A stretch of DNA of 63,937 bases, filler included, from Octopus bimaculoides (GCF_001194135.2; 3 parts of 3 records of this genome joined end to end with filler, not necessarily neighbours in it), one strand, 5' to 3'; positions 11,711-25,140 are shown, counted from the first letter of the whole stretch. Notes: generated from the letters alone by a model not told the origin. Numbers and translations are program-made.

Positions 11711-13262
11711 AAAGAGTGATGGTTAATTCATTTGTAATATTTCTCAGACATTTTGATTTACTATATATGTTAACATACCAATTACATTGCTAATAAATGT
11801 TTCCAGCAAGAAAGACAGGGAAAATATTCATTTCTTTTTCTTTTTTCTTTTCGGTATCATTAAACGAAAATATTATAAAAAGCTGCATTTCTCTTTATTT
11901 TGCTTTACATAAATTATGAATGTTAACATCCATAAGAATGCCTTATTTTGCAAATGTTTTGCAATCCCATAATTCATTTTTTAAGCATGTAGTTCGTCAT
12001 GTAATTACTCAATGTGAAATCATTCATAGATTCATTACAGAAACATTTTTTTGTGATTTTCTAAATGATGAATCTAATTTTTATTATCTATCTATTTATC
12101 TCTCTGTCTCTATGTCTATCTGCCTGTTTGTCTCTTTCAGCCATGCACTCTGCTCTTTTACGTGTGTGTGTGTGTGTGTTTGTGTGTGCATCTGGTTTGT
12201 ACAAGTTTGATGGCTGAATGTAAGAAAAAATACCAGTAATCTATATTTGGGCATAAATATCTATCTATAAATAATTTACAATATGCTAAATAACTTTGTG
12301 TGTGTATATATATACAAGTGTGTGTGTGTACATATGTGTATGTGTACATAAAGGCATATTCATATATGTATGTATACAAACACACATGCATATACACTTA
12401 TATTCATATATGCAATATACTTATAAACTTGAATTACATGACAAATAGCCAATATTTAGAATTCTATTTGTATTCTTGTTTATGTTAACGTATTTGTGTT
12501 ATTTTACTTGGCTGTATCACAGAGTACATGTTCAAAAATGAAACAGAACATGAAAGCTTGTACATATGTTTTTTAATTACACTTTCATATATACATTTCA
12601 CACAAAAGTATTAATCAATATCTTCTATGATTCTTCTTTTGTCAACAATCCAGTAATGTTGTGTCTAAAAGATACATATCTCTGAAGATTTCACAGCACA
12701 TTTTGATTATGAAATTTTCTTGGTAATGAAACATATATAAGAAGATGTGGCTAAATATGAAAATTTCTCATATTTTGATACACACATACATAGGAATTCA
12801 AATGTGAAGTAGACTTAATGTAAAAGCATTGTGAAAAAGCAAATTTACTGTGGTATTTGCCTGGATAAAATATCTCTTATGTATGTGCTGCATTAAAAAA
12901 ATCCCAAAACTATATCAGTAACTGACTAAAATAGTCTAGTAGTGGCTAGTGAGAAGACTAGAGGTGTGGTTTTGCTTTGTTGGACTTTGTCCGTAGCATG
13001 TACTCACAACCAACTGCATGCTACACTGGTGTTCTGGATAATAACTAGTTGGGTAAAACGACTAGCTATTATCCAAGTATTGGTTCCATATTGTAACTCA
13101 AACTGGATAAAAAGGATGAACATTAATCAATATCAAATGATAAGCAGTCCTATTTAAAACTGTGACCTCACTTGGTTTATGCTAACTAAATGCAAAATCA
13201 TTCTCCCTCTCTTTTGTATATCATGCAAGCGCATGTGTATATGTGTAAGGACGTTTATTATG

Positions 13263-14452
13263 GGACCAAGGGTGTTTTCAGGTAGATTGATATTAAAAGG
13301 AATGCATCACGCAAACATCTATCAACTTTTCATGTGTGTGCAAACAATGGATTTTAGGTGGTTGCAAAAAAGTCACATAACTTACTATCACATTTTTTGA
13401 TAACGTGTGTCTCTATGCAATTTTCAGCTACCAAAGAGACAACTAATGCCTGCTACTTTAAACATATATTAGTTTTATTTATTAAGATATATGTAATATG
13501 CATACAATTATATATATCTTTCAGACTTTTCCTGCAGATAAGTTTAAATTACACTTACTTAGTTTTATTACTTTGTTCTGTCGAGGCATTTATGATATTT
13601 GAAAGCAAACTTATTTTCCTCAGTGATATCTGTATTTGCTGTAGCAAGGAAGTATCTTCCATCTCATTATCCTGGACTTTGTTACCTAAACACTTAATGA
13701 GCTTTTTTTGGGATGGTGTTAGAATATTCTTTACAGAAAATTCCCAAGGTAAGTCTTCCGGTATCAGATCTCATTATTCAGTCTGTGGATAGTATTTAAG
13801 AATTATAGAATGATATATGCATTTGTTAGCATTTGTGCCTATAAGGATAAAATATACTTAATATATAAAGTGGAATATACATATATATCATTAAAAGCTA
13901 AAGTTTCTTGAATTACAACTCTAAATTTCACATTCAAGTGATTGAAGCAAAGAAGCTGCCTTGCAATATATTATTAAAAATATTTGCTACTCAATGAAAT
14001 AAAAATAGTTAATAATACATCAAGACTGGAGTGGATGCCAAAACTATTTAAAAATATTATGCAATTTCATCTATTCAAATGTCATTTGCAGAACAGGTAA
14101 TATTTTCATATGTTTATGAACAAAAATATCTGATGCTTAAATGTTTCCATTATCATGTGCATAAAATATCTACAAAAAAATGAAAGTATCAGTTAAGTCA
14201 AGTGTTGATGGATACATGAATATTTTAAACTTATACAACTATATTTTTGAGTCATTTATTCATCAACAGTCTTCGCTAACAGATAAGCTTTTCTTGTGAG
14301 CATTTTATATCCAATGTAGTGAAGATAGGAAGACCTCATAGATATTTTCTTGTAAATATATGAAATAGCATGTTTTTACATGAGAATTTAGAAGATTTAT
14401 GTGTGATGCATTCTTTTTAATGCCAATCTACCTAAAAACACCCTTGGTTCTT
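13263..14452. repeat. Dispersed inverted repeat pair (about 70-80 bp arms at 13263-13345 and 14380-14452)
   Basis: ACCAAGGGTGTTTTCAGGTAGATTGATATTAAAAGGAATGCATCAC on plus matches ACCAAGGGTGTTTTTAGGTAGATTGGCATTAAAAAGAATGCATCAC on minus. Confidence 0.8.
13624..13748 (+). CDS. Candidate exon of an unidentified gene (DICICCSKEVSSISLSWTLLPKHLMSFFWDGVRIFFTENSQ), or 12-nt microexon 13737-13748
   Basis: Acceptor cttattttcctcag, consensus donor CAAG|gtaagt, one open frame. There is an alternative acceptor tattctttacag 12 nt before the donor. No family recognised. Confidence 0.25.
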
Positions 14453-16019
14453 TACTTTATAGTGATCTTAATTAAAACCTCCCGTTCACCCAAATTTCAT
14501 ATTAATTTACATTCCAAACTCCAGATTAATAATTACAGTTATTTTACTAAGTTCTTCATTACATTCAGAGCTTCCAAATAAAACAAAGACAATGTATTTC
14601 AGTAGAAATGTTCAGACAAAAGGATCTTAGCAGTCAATCAAATGTTGATGTATTGTTGATTCATGTTATTTCAATGTGTTTGTAAAATTTGTGCTTATAT
14701 ATTGTAATAATTCTTCTCTTACTTCACTCATTTAAATACTCAGTAACATGAAAGTAAGACATACGATTTGACAAGCCTTACTTTGTAATACACACACATG
14801 TATGCATTTGTGTGTACATTTTCTTAAGGTGTAATTAACAGTACAGAGCATTGTGACCATTCTGTGATTTATATTTATGGCGCCATATACGCATGAAAGA
14901 CATATATAGGTTCCTCCTACTTACTTCCAACAACTACATTACATAATAACTTCTTCAATGTTGTTTCAATAACAAAGCAAAAATGAATTTCCTTTATATA
15001 TACATGGCTATGTAATCATGTTGTAATTTCTAAGTAGTTTCACAAAGAAGAGTATTGAATGTATGTGCATAGATGATATAACTACTATTCTGTAGGTTTA
15101 AGTATCATGCTAATTAAAGCCTTTATTAAGGATTTGATTTGGTCGGAAATCTTTTCTTGAATTAAATCCATTTCTTGACTTCTCTTGTTGCTATGAAATT
15201 TAAAGTAACAGATTAATATTCACTATGTAATATGTGCGGTTTAGAATCATATGAAATTTATTCTTTAAAGTCTTAATACTGAATAGGTTTTGACAATATA
15301 TAATCATTGGTGTCTGAGACCTTTCTTTTATTGTTAGTACTAAGTAAAATAATTTATATGTTTCTCAGGCTTATATATATATTAATCATTGTTAAAGAAC
15401 CAGTCAAAAATTTCCAAGTTGTATATAATGAGTGGTTGTTTTGTAGCCACCACTTCATTTCTTTTAGTGCAGAATCAAGGGCATTCCAGCCATGATGATC
15501 TCAGTTCATTTTCAGTCAGTGTATCTAAGATACCCATCCTGTTTTTTGATGGCAGTACATCATTTAAAGAATATTTGGAATCTGTCTCTTGCTGTTCAAG
15601 CAATTTTTGCTATAGATAAATACAATTTTGTAATAAATAAATGAATAAATAAATAAAGTCACTTTCTCTGTTGGCTTGTTTTTCTTCAATGAGTTTTATA
15701 CCTGAAGCATGCATATCATAGTAAGAAAGATGTGAAGCAGGGCATCTTTGTAAATTAAGAATAGCCATCTATTCTGTCAAGCATTTGCTATTGATGTATC
15801 TGAAATAATCAGCTAAGAATTCAATTGGCCTTATCTACCACAACAATTCTATATCATCTTTTAAATGCTGGTTATACATTTTAAGTACTAAACCTTCAGA
15901 TAGAATACTCTCAAGTAAGCCCATGAAGATCAGTCTAGGGGTATAGACCATATGCTTCGATGATTTGATGATAATTTTGTCATAGCTTTTGTTCATTCAA
16001 TATATATAGGCATGTGTGT

Positions 16020-16329
16020 GTGAAGGTGCGTGGCTTAGTGGTTAGGGCATTCGGCTCACAATTATAAGGTTGTGAGTTCAATCCACAGCAACACATTGTG
16101 TCCTTGAGCAAGACACTTTATTTCATGTTGCTCCACTCCACTCAGCCGGAAAAAATGTGTAGTACTTGTATTTCAGCCTTGTTACACTCTGTGTCATGCT
16201 GAATCTCCCTGAGAACTACATTAAAGGTACACTTGTCTGTGGAGTGCTCAGCCACTTCCACGTTAATTTCCTGAGAAGGCTGTTCCGGTGATCAGATGAG
16301 TTGGACCCTCAGTGTCATAGCCAACGGAG

Positions 16330-16335
<6 letters not shown>
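16020..16335 (+). mobile_element. SINE group C (head as at 10661, tail type 2)
   Basis: GGTGCGTGGCTTAGTGGTTAGGG head, then GCTGAATCTCCCTGAGAACTAC..GTGGAGTGCTCAGCCACTT..GGCTGTTCCGGTGATC tail shared with 32460-32832. Confidence 0.8.
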
Positions 16336-16379
<44 letters not shown>

Positions 16380-17166
16380 TTCAGCTATATGATGTAAATC
16401 TTTCCTTCGAACATATATATTCATATATTGATACTGAAGAAAATTCCGGAAACTCATATTATCTTTTAAAGTATCCAATTGCATTTCAGTAAAAGGTAAG
16501 ATTATAAAGAGAAACAGTAAATAAAGAAGCAAAAAATAAAAGCAAGATATAAAACAGGAATAAGAAAATAAAACAAATTTAAAAATAAACTTCATAAAAA
16601 TAAACATTATTCAGAAATAGAATTAAAACTTTTACACAATCTAAATGATTTCATTGACAGGTAATACCTTTTGAAAGGGAATAATGAAATTATTAGGAAT
16701 CATATGAAATTTATGAAATTTTTTCAGAAGAATTTTAAAAAGGTATTAAAATTAACATTTTCTTTTTATCATGCTAATAACATCTGAATCGAAAATAATT
16801 ATAAATTAGCATTGGTTAAAATTAATTAAATTTAAATCTAAAACACTATATAAAGAAATGAAGAAATATAATTCATTATTAATTTATTCATTCTTTAAAT
16901 ATTCTTTCTCTCAAAATCTGTTCCAAAGACTTTTGAATATCAGAATTAGTTTACTACACTATTGATTATTTTTGATGTTGTTATTGTGAACATTCAGCTA
17001 GGTCAGGTCATAAATATAGATGATCAATTATTCAGAAGTAAACTACAAACAGACTGTATGGACCTGAGTGTTACCACTTAACTTCTCATTAGTTACCTTT
17101 TTATATTAATTTATAGAAAAGCATGCGCATCACCACTGATATTGTGTTTTCCAAATTTTTTGTACG

Positions 17167-17167
<1 letters not shown>

Positions 17168-17200
<33 letters not shown>

Positions 17201-17640
17201 GCAGCAGCATCATCATCATCATCATCATTATCATCATCATCATCATTATCATCATCATCATCATCGTTTAACGCCCGCTTTCCATGCTAGCATGGGTTGG
17301 ACGATTTGACTGAGGACTGGCGAACCAGATTCCAGCACCAGGCTCCAATCTGATCTGGCAGAGTTTCTACAGCTGGATGCCCTTCCTAATGCCAACCACT
17401 CCAAGAGTGTAGTGGGTGCTTTTACATGGTGTTTTTTATGTGCCACCTGCACAGGAGCCAGTCCGGCGGCACTGGCAATGACCTTGCTTGCATGTTTTTT
17501 CACGTGTCACCGGCACAAGTGCCAGAAATGATCATGCTCAAATGGTGCTTTTTACATGCCACCAGCATGGAAGCCAGACAGCTGCTCTGGCAATGATCAT
17601 GCTCAGATGGTGCTGTTAGCGCTCCACTGACACAGGTGCC
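17168..17640 (-). mobile_element. RTE-type LINE 3'-end copy with internal subrepeats and a long (CAT)n tail
   Basis: CGTTTAACGCCCGCTTTCCATGCTAGCATGGGTTGGACG..GGATGCCCTTCCTAATGCCAACCACTCC, plus repeated TTTTACATGCCACC units. Confidence 0.85.
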
Positions 17641-17685
17641 CATAATCGAATTTGGTTCAATTACGATTCACTTGCCCCAACTGGT

Positions 17686-17982
17686 CCACCAAACTCAACA
17701 GACCTCTCGCCTACCGACTAATACTTTTTCATGCATCTCAACAAATTCCTGCGTGAGAAATGCTTAAAAAACCAAGACGATGCCGAACACGCCTTCAATG
17801 ACTTCATCGCCACCACAACACCAGGATTTTTATGCTACTGGCATAAATAAACTTGTTTCGTGTTGGCAAAAGTGTGGTGATTCTGATGGTGTTTATTTCA
17901 ATTAATAAAGTTGTGTTTGAGCCGAGATATGTACATCTGATTTTGAAGGTTAAAAACCACAAGAACTTTCTTGACAACCTAA
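17686..17982 (+). mobile_element. Mariner 3' fragment with right TIR
   Basis: Translation PPNSTDLSPTD*YFFMHLNKFLREKCLKNQDDA..GINKLVSCWQKCGDSDGVYFN*, ending in the TIR AAGAACTTTCTTGACAACCTAA followed by TA. Confidence 0.9.
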
Positions 17983-19249
17983 TATGTATATATATATACA
18001 TATATATGCAGTTAGCTAGGTAGATAGATACATACAAACATACTGTTATGTCTTCAGGTTTGAATATCTCATTGCCAATAATGTTATGACAATGTTGGTG
18101 TGGGCACAATGGTGTAGAATAGTATTCCCCGAATAGTTATTTGGATATGGCTATCTAGAATAGCCTTTCACAGAATTAATATGTTCACACAGAATGTGTC
18201 CTGTACTATGCTAAAAGTAGGTATGATATTAAACTAACGTAGTAATCCAATATGAATGATCAATGCTGTCAACTACCACTACCAACTACTGACTGTTAAC
18301 TGTCAACAGTTCTCAAAGTTTCTGTATTTTATTAAAATGCATCAGTTCACTTTTTGTCACATGATCCTTCCACAACATATGCATACCTATATGTCTACAT
18401 ACATGCATACATACTTATATATTAAGGTACATACATACCTACATATATGTATAGATAGATATGCACACACATAAGTATGTGTAAGTCTAATTTTACTGTT
18501 AACAGTGAAATACCCTCTCTGTTTCAAATTGAGTATTTATACCAAAATAAGTCCTTTAATAAATTTTTCATTAAACCTGCTCAAAACAATTTTTTATACT
18601 ATCTTACCAATTTTTAATAGAGAAAAAATGGAATAGCATTTTTCAGAAATAATTAATTAATTAGTTACATCCCCTATAATTTGTTCATTCAAGCAAAGTA
18701 CACTCTGACTAAAGAGGAGAAGTAATAACAGCATTAGAAAAATAGTTTAGCTTATCAATTATTCTTTATGTAATAATTTTAAAGTATTGACAATTTGAGA
18801 GTGATTCAGAGAGTGTTAGAAAAAAAATTTCATAGATTATAATCATAGAAGCTAATAATAAAATAGCTACAAGGTTGCTTGGCCCACTCAAAATAGCAGC
18901 TGAATCTCTTCAAATTATACTTTAGAGTCATAAATAAAGAAGGGTACATCTAGTAATGTAGTCAATGATGATCTAAAAGATCAGATGTTTTACTGCTGAA
19001 ATACATTTGATATGCCTGCTTTACCTGTATTGACCAGGGGCTAAATAGCAATGTAACTTTTTACCATAATGTTAAAGTTGGATGGCTCTGGATGACAGCT
19101 TTATTTATGTCACTAAGTAAAATAAAAGCATCTGCAACAGTCAAAGAACTGAAGCAAAGAGATTGTTAATTACCCAGTAAAAACCTATGCCCTCTAGAAT
19201 TTTTAGTTAATTTAATTATTGCAGTTAACACCTTTCTCTCTCTTTTCAA

Positions 19250-19700
19250 TCTCTTGTCTTTTACTTTTTTCAATAATCAGACTGTAGCCATGCTGGAGCA
19301 TTTTGTTCAAGAATTTTTAGTTGAACGAATCAACCTAGTGCTTATGTTATTAAGATTGGTACTGTTTTGCCATACCACTATGTTACAGGATGCAGACAAA
19401 CCAACACCAGTTGGTGGTGAATAAACCCGCACAAAGACACACACATGCTTGCATGCACATATGCATGCACACACATAGACACACACATGCATACATGCAT
19501 ACATACATACGTAGGTACATACATACATACATACATTTATATATAATAGATTTCTTTAAGTTTACATCTGCCAAATCCACTCGCAAAGATTTAGTTGGCT
19601 TGGGGCTATATCTGAAGACACTTGCCCAAGGTGCTATGCAGTGGGATTGAACCTGCAACCACATGATTGGGAAGCAAACAATCTCACCACACAGCCATAT
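19250..19700 (-). mobile_element. SINE group A, near-full copy with central microsatellite
   Basis: Tail (GACTGTAGCCATGCTGGAGCA..), then (CATA)n, then head (CAAATCCACTCGCAA..CTTGCCCAAGGTGCTATGCAGTGGGATTGAACC..CACACAGCC). Confidence 0.8.
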
Positions 19701-19801
19701 ATTCCTCATCAGTATGGGTGTAAATTTAATTAGTTAAAAAATATTGGTTTCATGAGATTAAATATATTAACTACAATTTTAACTATTTGTTCTTCTTACA
19801 G

Positions 19802-19843
19802 AAGGCGTTCCTGAGCAATCTCCCTCTCTCAGACATCAACTGA
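19802..19843 (+). CDS. Candidate terminal exon (KAFLSNLPLSDIN*)
   Basis: Strong acceptor tatttgttcttcttacag and a short GC-richer open frame. Unassigned and possibly chance. Confidence 0.15.
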   Translation, partial: KAFLSNLPLSDIN

Positions 19844-20320
19844 AACATAAAAAATTTACATGCTATTGCTGTAGTGTGATAGGTGTAGAAAGCAGCCAAT
19901 TTTGAACTCATGACTTTGTAGTCAATACTCCAGTGCTTTCACTACTTGGCTTATAATTTAATTTAACAAAAAGGCCATCAAATGCTTGTAAACATTTCAT
20001 GTTATATGATTTCAATATAATGAAAAAAAGTAAAAAGAAGTGAAGCATCACCACCCCACCACAAAAAAATACCAATAATGAAAGAAAAAAATTATAAGAA
20101 TGGTTTATAGAATAGAATATTTATGTAATGTATAAAAGATTACATGATAAGTCAATTTTAGTAAATTATCCCTCAAGGAATATGAAAGTATTACTAATTT
20201 GATAAATACTAGTAAAATTCTATTGAAATTGAACTATTTCACTTTGTGATGTTTATCTCTTATCCACAGTCAATCTACTTTTAGATTTAAACAAGATACT
20301 TTGATGGATATGTTCATCGC

Positions 20321-20505
<185 letters not shown>

Positions 20506-21729
20506 TGTTCTGGTGGATTTAAGTTTTTCTGTATTCTTTTTTGTATATCTATCAAACTAAATATCATTTTGTAATATTTTATTGGTATACAGAAAATTCT
20601 AAAGTTATAAATTCATATTATATGCTCTCTCACTCTCTCTCCTTTCTTTCACTCTCTTTCTCTCTTGCTCTCTATTTCTCTCTCGCTCATCCTCTCTCTT
20701 GCTTATTCCCTCAATACCCATAGATATCTAGCTAATATAAGTACTTATGCTTAGATAAATATGTATGCATATGTGTAATATGAATATGTATGTGTGTGCA
20801 TTGTTTACTATCGGTAGTGTATGTTTACTTTGAAGTAATAGCAGCAAAACTTTGAAGAAAACAGTCACTATTGATATATGTTATTTTGACTCTATAGTCA
20901 GCATTGAGTCCTATATTCAGTGCATGTTTACTATACATAAAAACAAACTTTAAAAGGATAACTGTATAAGTATATAGATATACATATATACATATATGTA
21001 TGCATATTATTAAATAAATATATATAAATATATATGTATTTTTCATATATATATTGTATATACATATATACATTTATATACACAAATATACACACACACA
21101 TACGTATATGTATGCATGTAAGTGTATATGTATATATGTGTGTGTATATTTATATATATATATATACACACATATAAATCTGAAAATAAATACACACATA
21201 CCTATATAGATATAGATCTATATATACATTATGTATATATGCATATATATATTTTTATATGTCCCTAGATGTATATACACTTATACAGAATCATCTAAAT
21301 GTACATTGTGCCTAGACACACACACACACACACACACAGACACGTGTGTGTGCACGCACATACACACATTCATACACTACATCACTTTCTTGTTTTGTAA
21401 ATTACTATTTTTCAGTAATTTCTTCAATTTTCATGGAGTTTGATGCCAAAGCTAGCTACTTAAGCCAGCCGATTGCTTTGATACTTTAGTAAATAGTAAT
21501 TTGGGACAGAGGAAAATATATATGTGATGTGACTATTTCTAATACAAGCTCATGTCTAACCATAAAAGAAACTCTTTTATTTACTTCGTTAATAATCTTA
21601 AGAACTATATGAAGTGTGTCACCACTTTTTATTATATATATTCCTTTTAAAAAGTATGTTAAGTACTAGTTAAGTAGTGGAGTCGATATAATCAACTATA
21701 CTAATTCCCCTACAATTTGAGACCTTGTT

Positions 21730-22705
21730 TCTATGTAAGAAATAACAATAATAATAACGATGATGATGATGATTATGATGATGATAATGATGATGATAAT
21801 AACAAGAGCACTCAAAGAGCACAAACATCCACCAAGGCACCACCTACATCCTCTCAAAGATTAGCTGGAGATGATCTTTGAAATGAGAATATCTGATATA
21901 AACTCAACTGCTTTCACTAACGAGAATACTAAAAATGGATCATTCTTAAATAATTCTCAGTCCCTTTTTTGAACATTTCAAGTGTTCCTACAATCATTGG
22001 TATTATAACCGTCTTGATATGCCACATCCTTTCGATTAGCAAATCTTCATATTTTCTGAGCTTATCAAATTCTTTTGCTGAGATATTATAGTCACAGAGT
22101 ATGCTCATGCCACACAACAATATCTGGTTGATTTGCTTTGATGGTCTGATCTGTACATACTGGGAAATCCCAAAGAATAGTTACATTTTCTCCCTCAGTT
22201 ACAGCTTCAGGGTGGTGCTTGCACCATTTGTCAGCAGTTTTGATTTTATAATGTTGACACATTATCCAATGTAGATATTGGCCAACTCTGTCATGTCTTG
22301 ATTTGTACTACACAGGTGCTAAAACCTTACATCCAGAGATTAGGTGGTCCACTGTTTCTATCCCATTGTTGCAGTATCAGCACTTTGGGTCTATACCATT
22401 TTTCATCACATTGGCTTGATAGTTCCGGGTCAATAAGCTCTGATCTTGGGCAGCCAATATAAAGCCTTTACTCTCTTCCTTTAGCCCTGAGCTCCGTAGC
22501 CACTGATTTCACCTTCTTTGTGAATACAGTTGCTGCACTTCCCTCATGCTGTTCAACTTGGGTATTATGCTTAAACTCACTTGAAAATATTTTACTCTCC
22601 TTCATAACATAGTGAAGCTTTAGCATCTAATTGTTAGATATTTCAGGACATTTTGCCAGTCCAATTGTAGTGGTTTTGTAGATTTCAAATTGGATCAAGC
22701 CTTAT
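21730..22705 (-). mobile_element. R4/Dong-clade non-LTR retrotransposon 3' fragment (CCHC knuckle + restriction-like endonuclease)
   Basis: Minus translation: GFILAAQDQSLLTRNYQA..PKC*YC..IETVDHLISGCKVLA..RHDRVGQYLHW..HHPEAVTEGENVTILWDFP..IKANQPDIVV..SAKEFDKLRKY. The 3' tail is TTA/TCA repeats. Confidence 0.85.
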
Positions 22706-23091
22706 TATTATTATTATATTTGATATGTATTATGAAGACAACATTTTTCTCAGTTTGGAATTTTCTTTGAGCTACCTGTTAAAAGGAACTATAATTACCT
22801 AAGGAAATCTTGCCCTTAATACCCACAAGTAGACAAAAAAGTTTGTTTTATTAATTAAAAAATTAATTTACGTTTATATTTTTATATCCAAAATGGTTAC
22901 TAAGCATACTTATACTGTTGAACAGGAACATGCCAAAAAATATTGAAGATCAATTGTATCAGGAAAAAGAACAACAAACTTTAATATCCAAACTACTTTC
23001 AGCCCAAACGCTCAGGATCGCAAGAAAAACCCCTTTGTGTCCAGTATTAGAAATAGCTGAACATCTCGTCCTCTAAAATTACCAACAAGTA

Positions 23092-23633
23092 TTATGTGGT
23101 CTGGAAAGTTCTGACTGTTTTTAAACTAAATCTTTTAATGCTTCATTGAACACACCTGAAATGTAACACAGTTAAAACTTTGGCATTGCTTGAAGTGATA
23201 GTGCATCTCTTCTATGTTCCTGACTAAAAATAGATTTATCTTTCGTTCTAGTTACCCTTTGTTGACATTTGAAATGGATAACCGGAAATTTTATATTCGT
23301 GTTGTAACACTTTTCTTTATTAAAAAAGGGGAAAATGTTGCAAAGACTTGCAAAAACATTTGTGAAATTTATGCTGATGATGCTGAAGATGAATCAACTA
23401 TATGAAGGTAGTTTGCAAAATTTAAAGCTGGAGAGTTTAGCGTGGGAGATGACAGTCACAGTGGAGGACCTTCAAAATTGGATGAAGATGTTTTGAAGGC
23501 ATAAATCAAAGAAAACACAAATATCACGACTAGGGGACTTGCAGAGGAGTAAGAAGTTTCTAAAAGTACAGTTCATGAAGTATACCCATTTTAGCATATT
23601 AAAAAAATTCTCAGAAATTTCAGGACAACCTAA
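23092..23633 (+). mobile_element. Mariner deletion derivative retaining both TIRs
   Basis: TA|TTATGTGGTCTGGAAAGTTCTGA ... TCAGAAATTTCAGGACAACCTAA|TA. It encodes the N-terminus MDNRKFYIRVV..KKGENVAKTCKNICEIY..FAKFKAGEFS..SKSTVHE, then a deletion. Confidence 0.9.
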
Positions 23634-24059
23634 TAGTATCATTCCTCCATCATGGGATGAGAAAGAAAGACTAATTGCAGATGAAAGATTACATGCTACC
23701 AGAGAAAACAGAAAAGGAAAAATTAAGAAATATATCTCAGGAAAGAAAACTCAACATAAACCAGTAAATGCAGTTGCAGAAGAACTATTTTCTTCCTAAC
23801 AACAGTAATACCCATCCTTAGCAAAACAACAAGGAAAACATAGACTGGCTTTTAAAAACTATATAAACAATAGACAAAATTTTGCATCTCTTCTGTCACA
23901 GACTTTACGAAAAAGTTAGAATGGCAAAAAAAACAGTTAGGATTAGGTTATATTCAGCATGTGAAAGATAAATTGTTAGTGAAAACATAAATAAGGCATC
24001 AAAATAAGCTTGAAAGTGCATAGCCTGGAGATGTTTAAAAAATAGCTTACCACTGCATT

Positions 24060-25140
24060 TTGCTGCAATTTAAGAAATCTTTAATAGATACTGTCTAAAT
24101 TCAAATTCTGCAGAGTTAATAAAATAAAATAAATACCAGTTGAGCAATGGAGTCAAGGTGATTGACTTACCACTATGCCTAAAATTGCTGGCCTTGTGCC
24201 AACATTTGAAGCCATTATTAGAGTGGCTTCAAAAAGAGTAAAGAAAAATATAGAAAGCCTCACAAAATGCCTTGCAATATTTACTTAAGATTTAAGATGG
24301 TGAGTTAGCAGCATCGTTAGCATGCCAGGCAAAATGCTTAGTGGTGTGTTATTCATACTCTTTACTCTCTTTTACTCTTTTACTTGTTTCAGTCATTTAA
24401 CTGCGGCCATGCCAGAGCACCACTTTTAGTCGAGCAAATCGACCCTGGGACTTATTCTTTGTAAGCCTAGTACTTATTCTATTGGTCTCTTTTGCTGAAC
24501 CGCTAAGTGACGGGGACATAAATACACCAGCATCGGTTGTCAAGCAATGCTAGGGGGACAAACACAGACACGGAAACACACACACATACACATATGTATA
24601 TATACATATATACGACAGGCTTCTTTCAGTTTCCGTCTACCAAATCCACTCACAAGGCTTTGGTCAGCCCGAGGCTATAGTAGAAGACACTTGCCCAAGA
24701 TGTTACGCAGTGGGACTGAACCCAGAACCATGTGGTTGGTAAGCAAGCTACTTACTACACAGCCACTCCTGCGCCTTCACATTTTGATTTAAAATTCTAC
24801 TGAGGTTGACGTTACCTTTGATCCTTCCAGGGTCGATAAAATAAGTATCAATCAAACACTGGGGTCGATGTAATAGACTTATACCCTCCCCCAGAATTGC
24901 TGGTCTAGTGCCAAAATTTGAAATCAATATTTAGCTATGATGGTGGGTTAGCAGATTCATTAGAAGATCATGGTAGTTAACTACAGCCTTTTGCAACCTA
25001 ATTTCAGTTCCTACTAAGATTAACTTTACCCTTCATTTTTATTAGGATTGTAAAGTAAAATATCAGTCAAGTACAAAGATTTATTCAATTTGCTGTACTT
25101 TCCCACCGAATTTGTAGCTTTGTATCTTAGCAGAAATCCT
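24060..25140 (+). mobile_element. Cluster of same-orientation group B SINE copies; one is split by a group A SINE
   Basis: B segments at about 24060-24220, 24295-24360 + 24776-24930 and 24935-25140. Confidence 0.75.
24361..24775 (-). mobile_element. SINE group A, full well-preserved copy
   Basis: tRNA-like head GGAGTGGCTGTGTAGTAAGTAGC..GGGTTCAGTCCCACTGCG, central (TA/TG)n, body GGGGTCGATTTGCTCGAC-like, tail GAAACAAGTAAAAGAGTAAAAGAG. Confidence 0.9.

Noticed and set aside
14170-16490. Protein-like minus-strand translations with faint remembered resemblance to RNF213-type segments
   Set aside because: Stop density is about what AT-rich random DNA gives, parts overlap repeat fragments (14380-14452, 15430-15510), and the matches are a few residues from memory. 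BLASTX would be needed.
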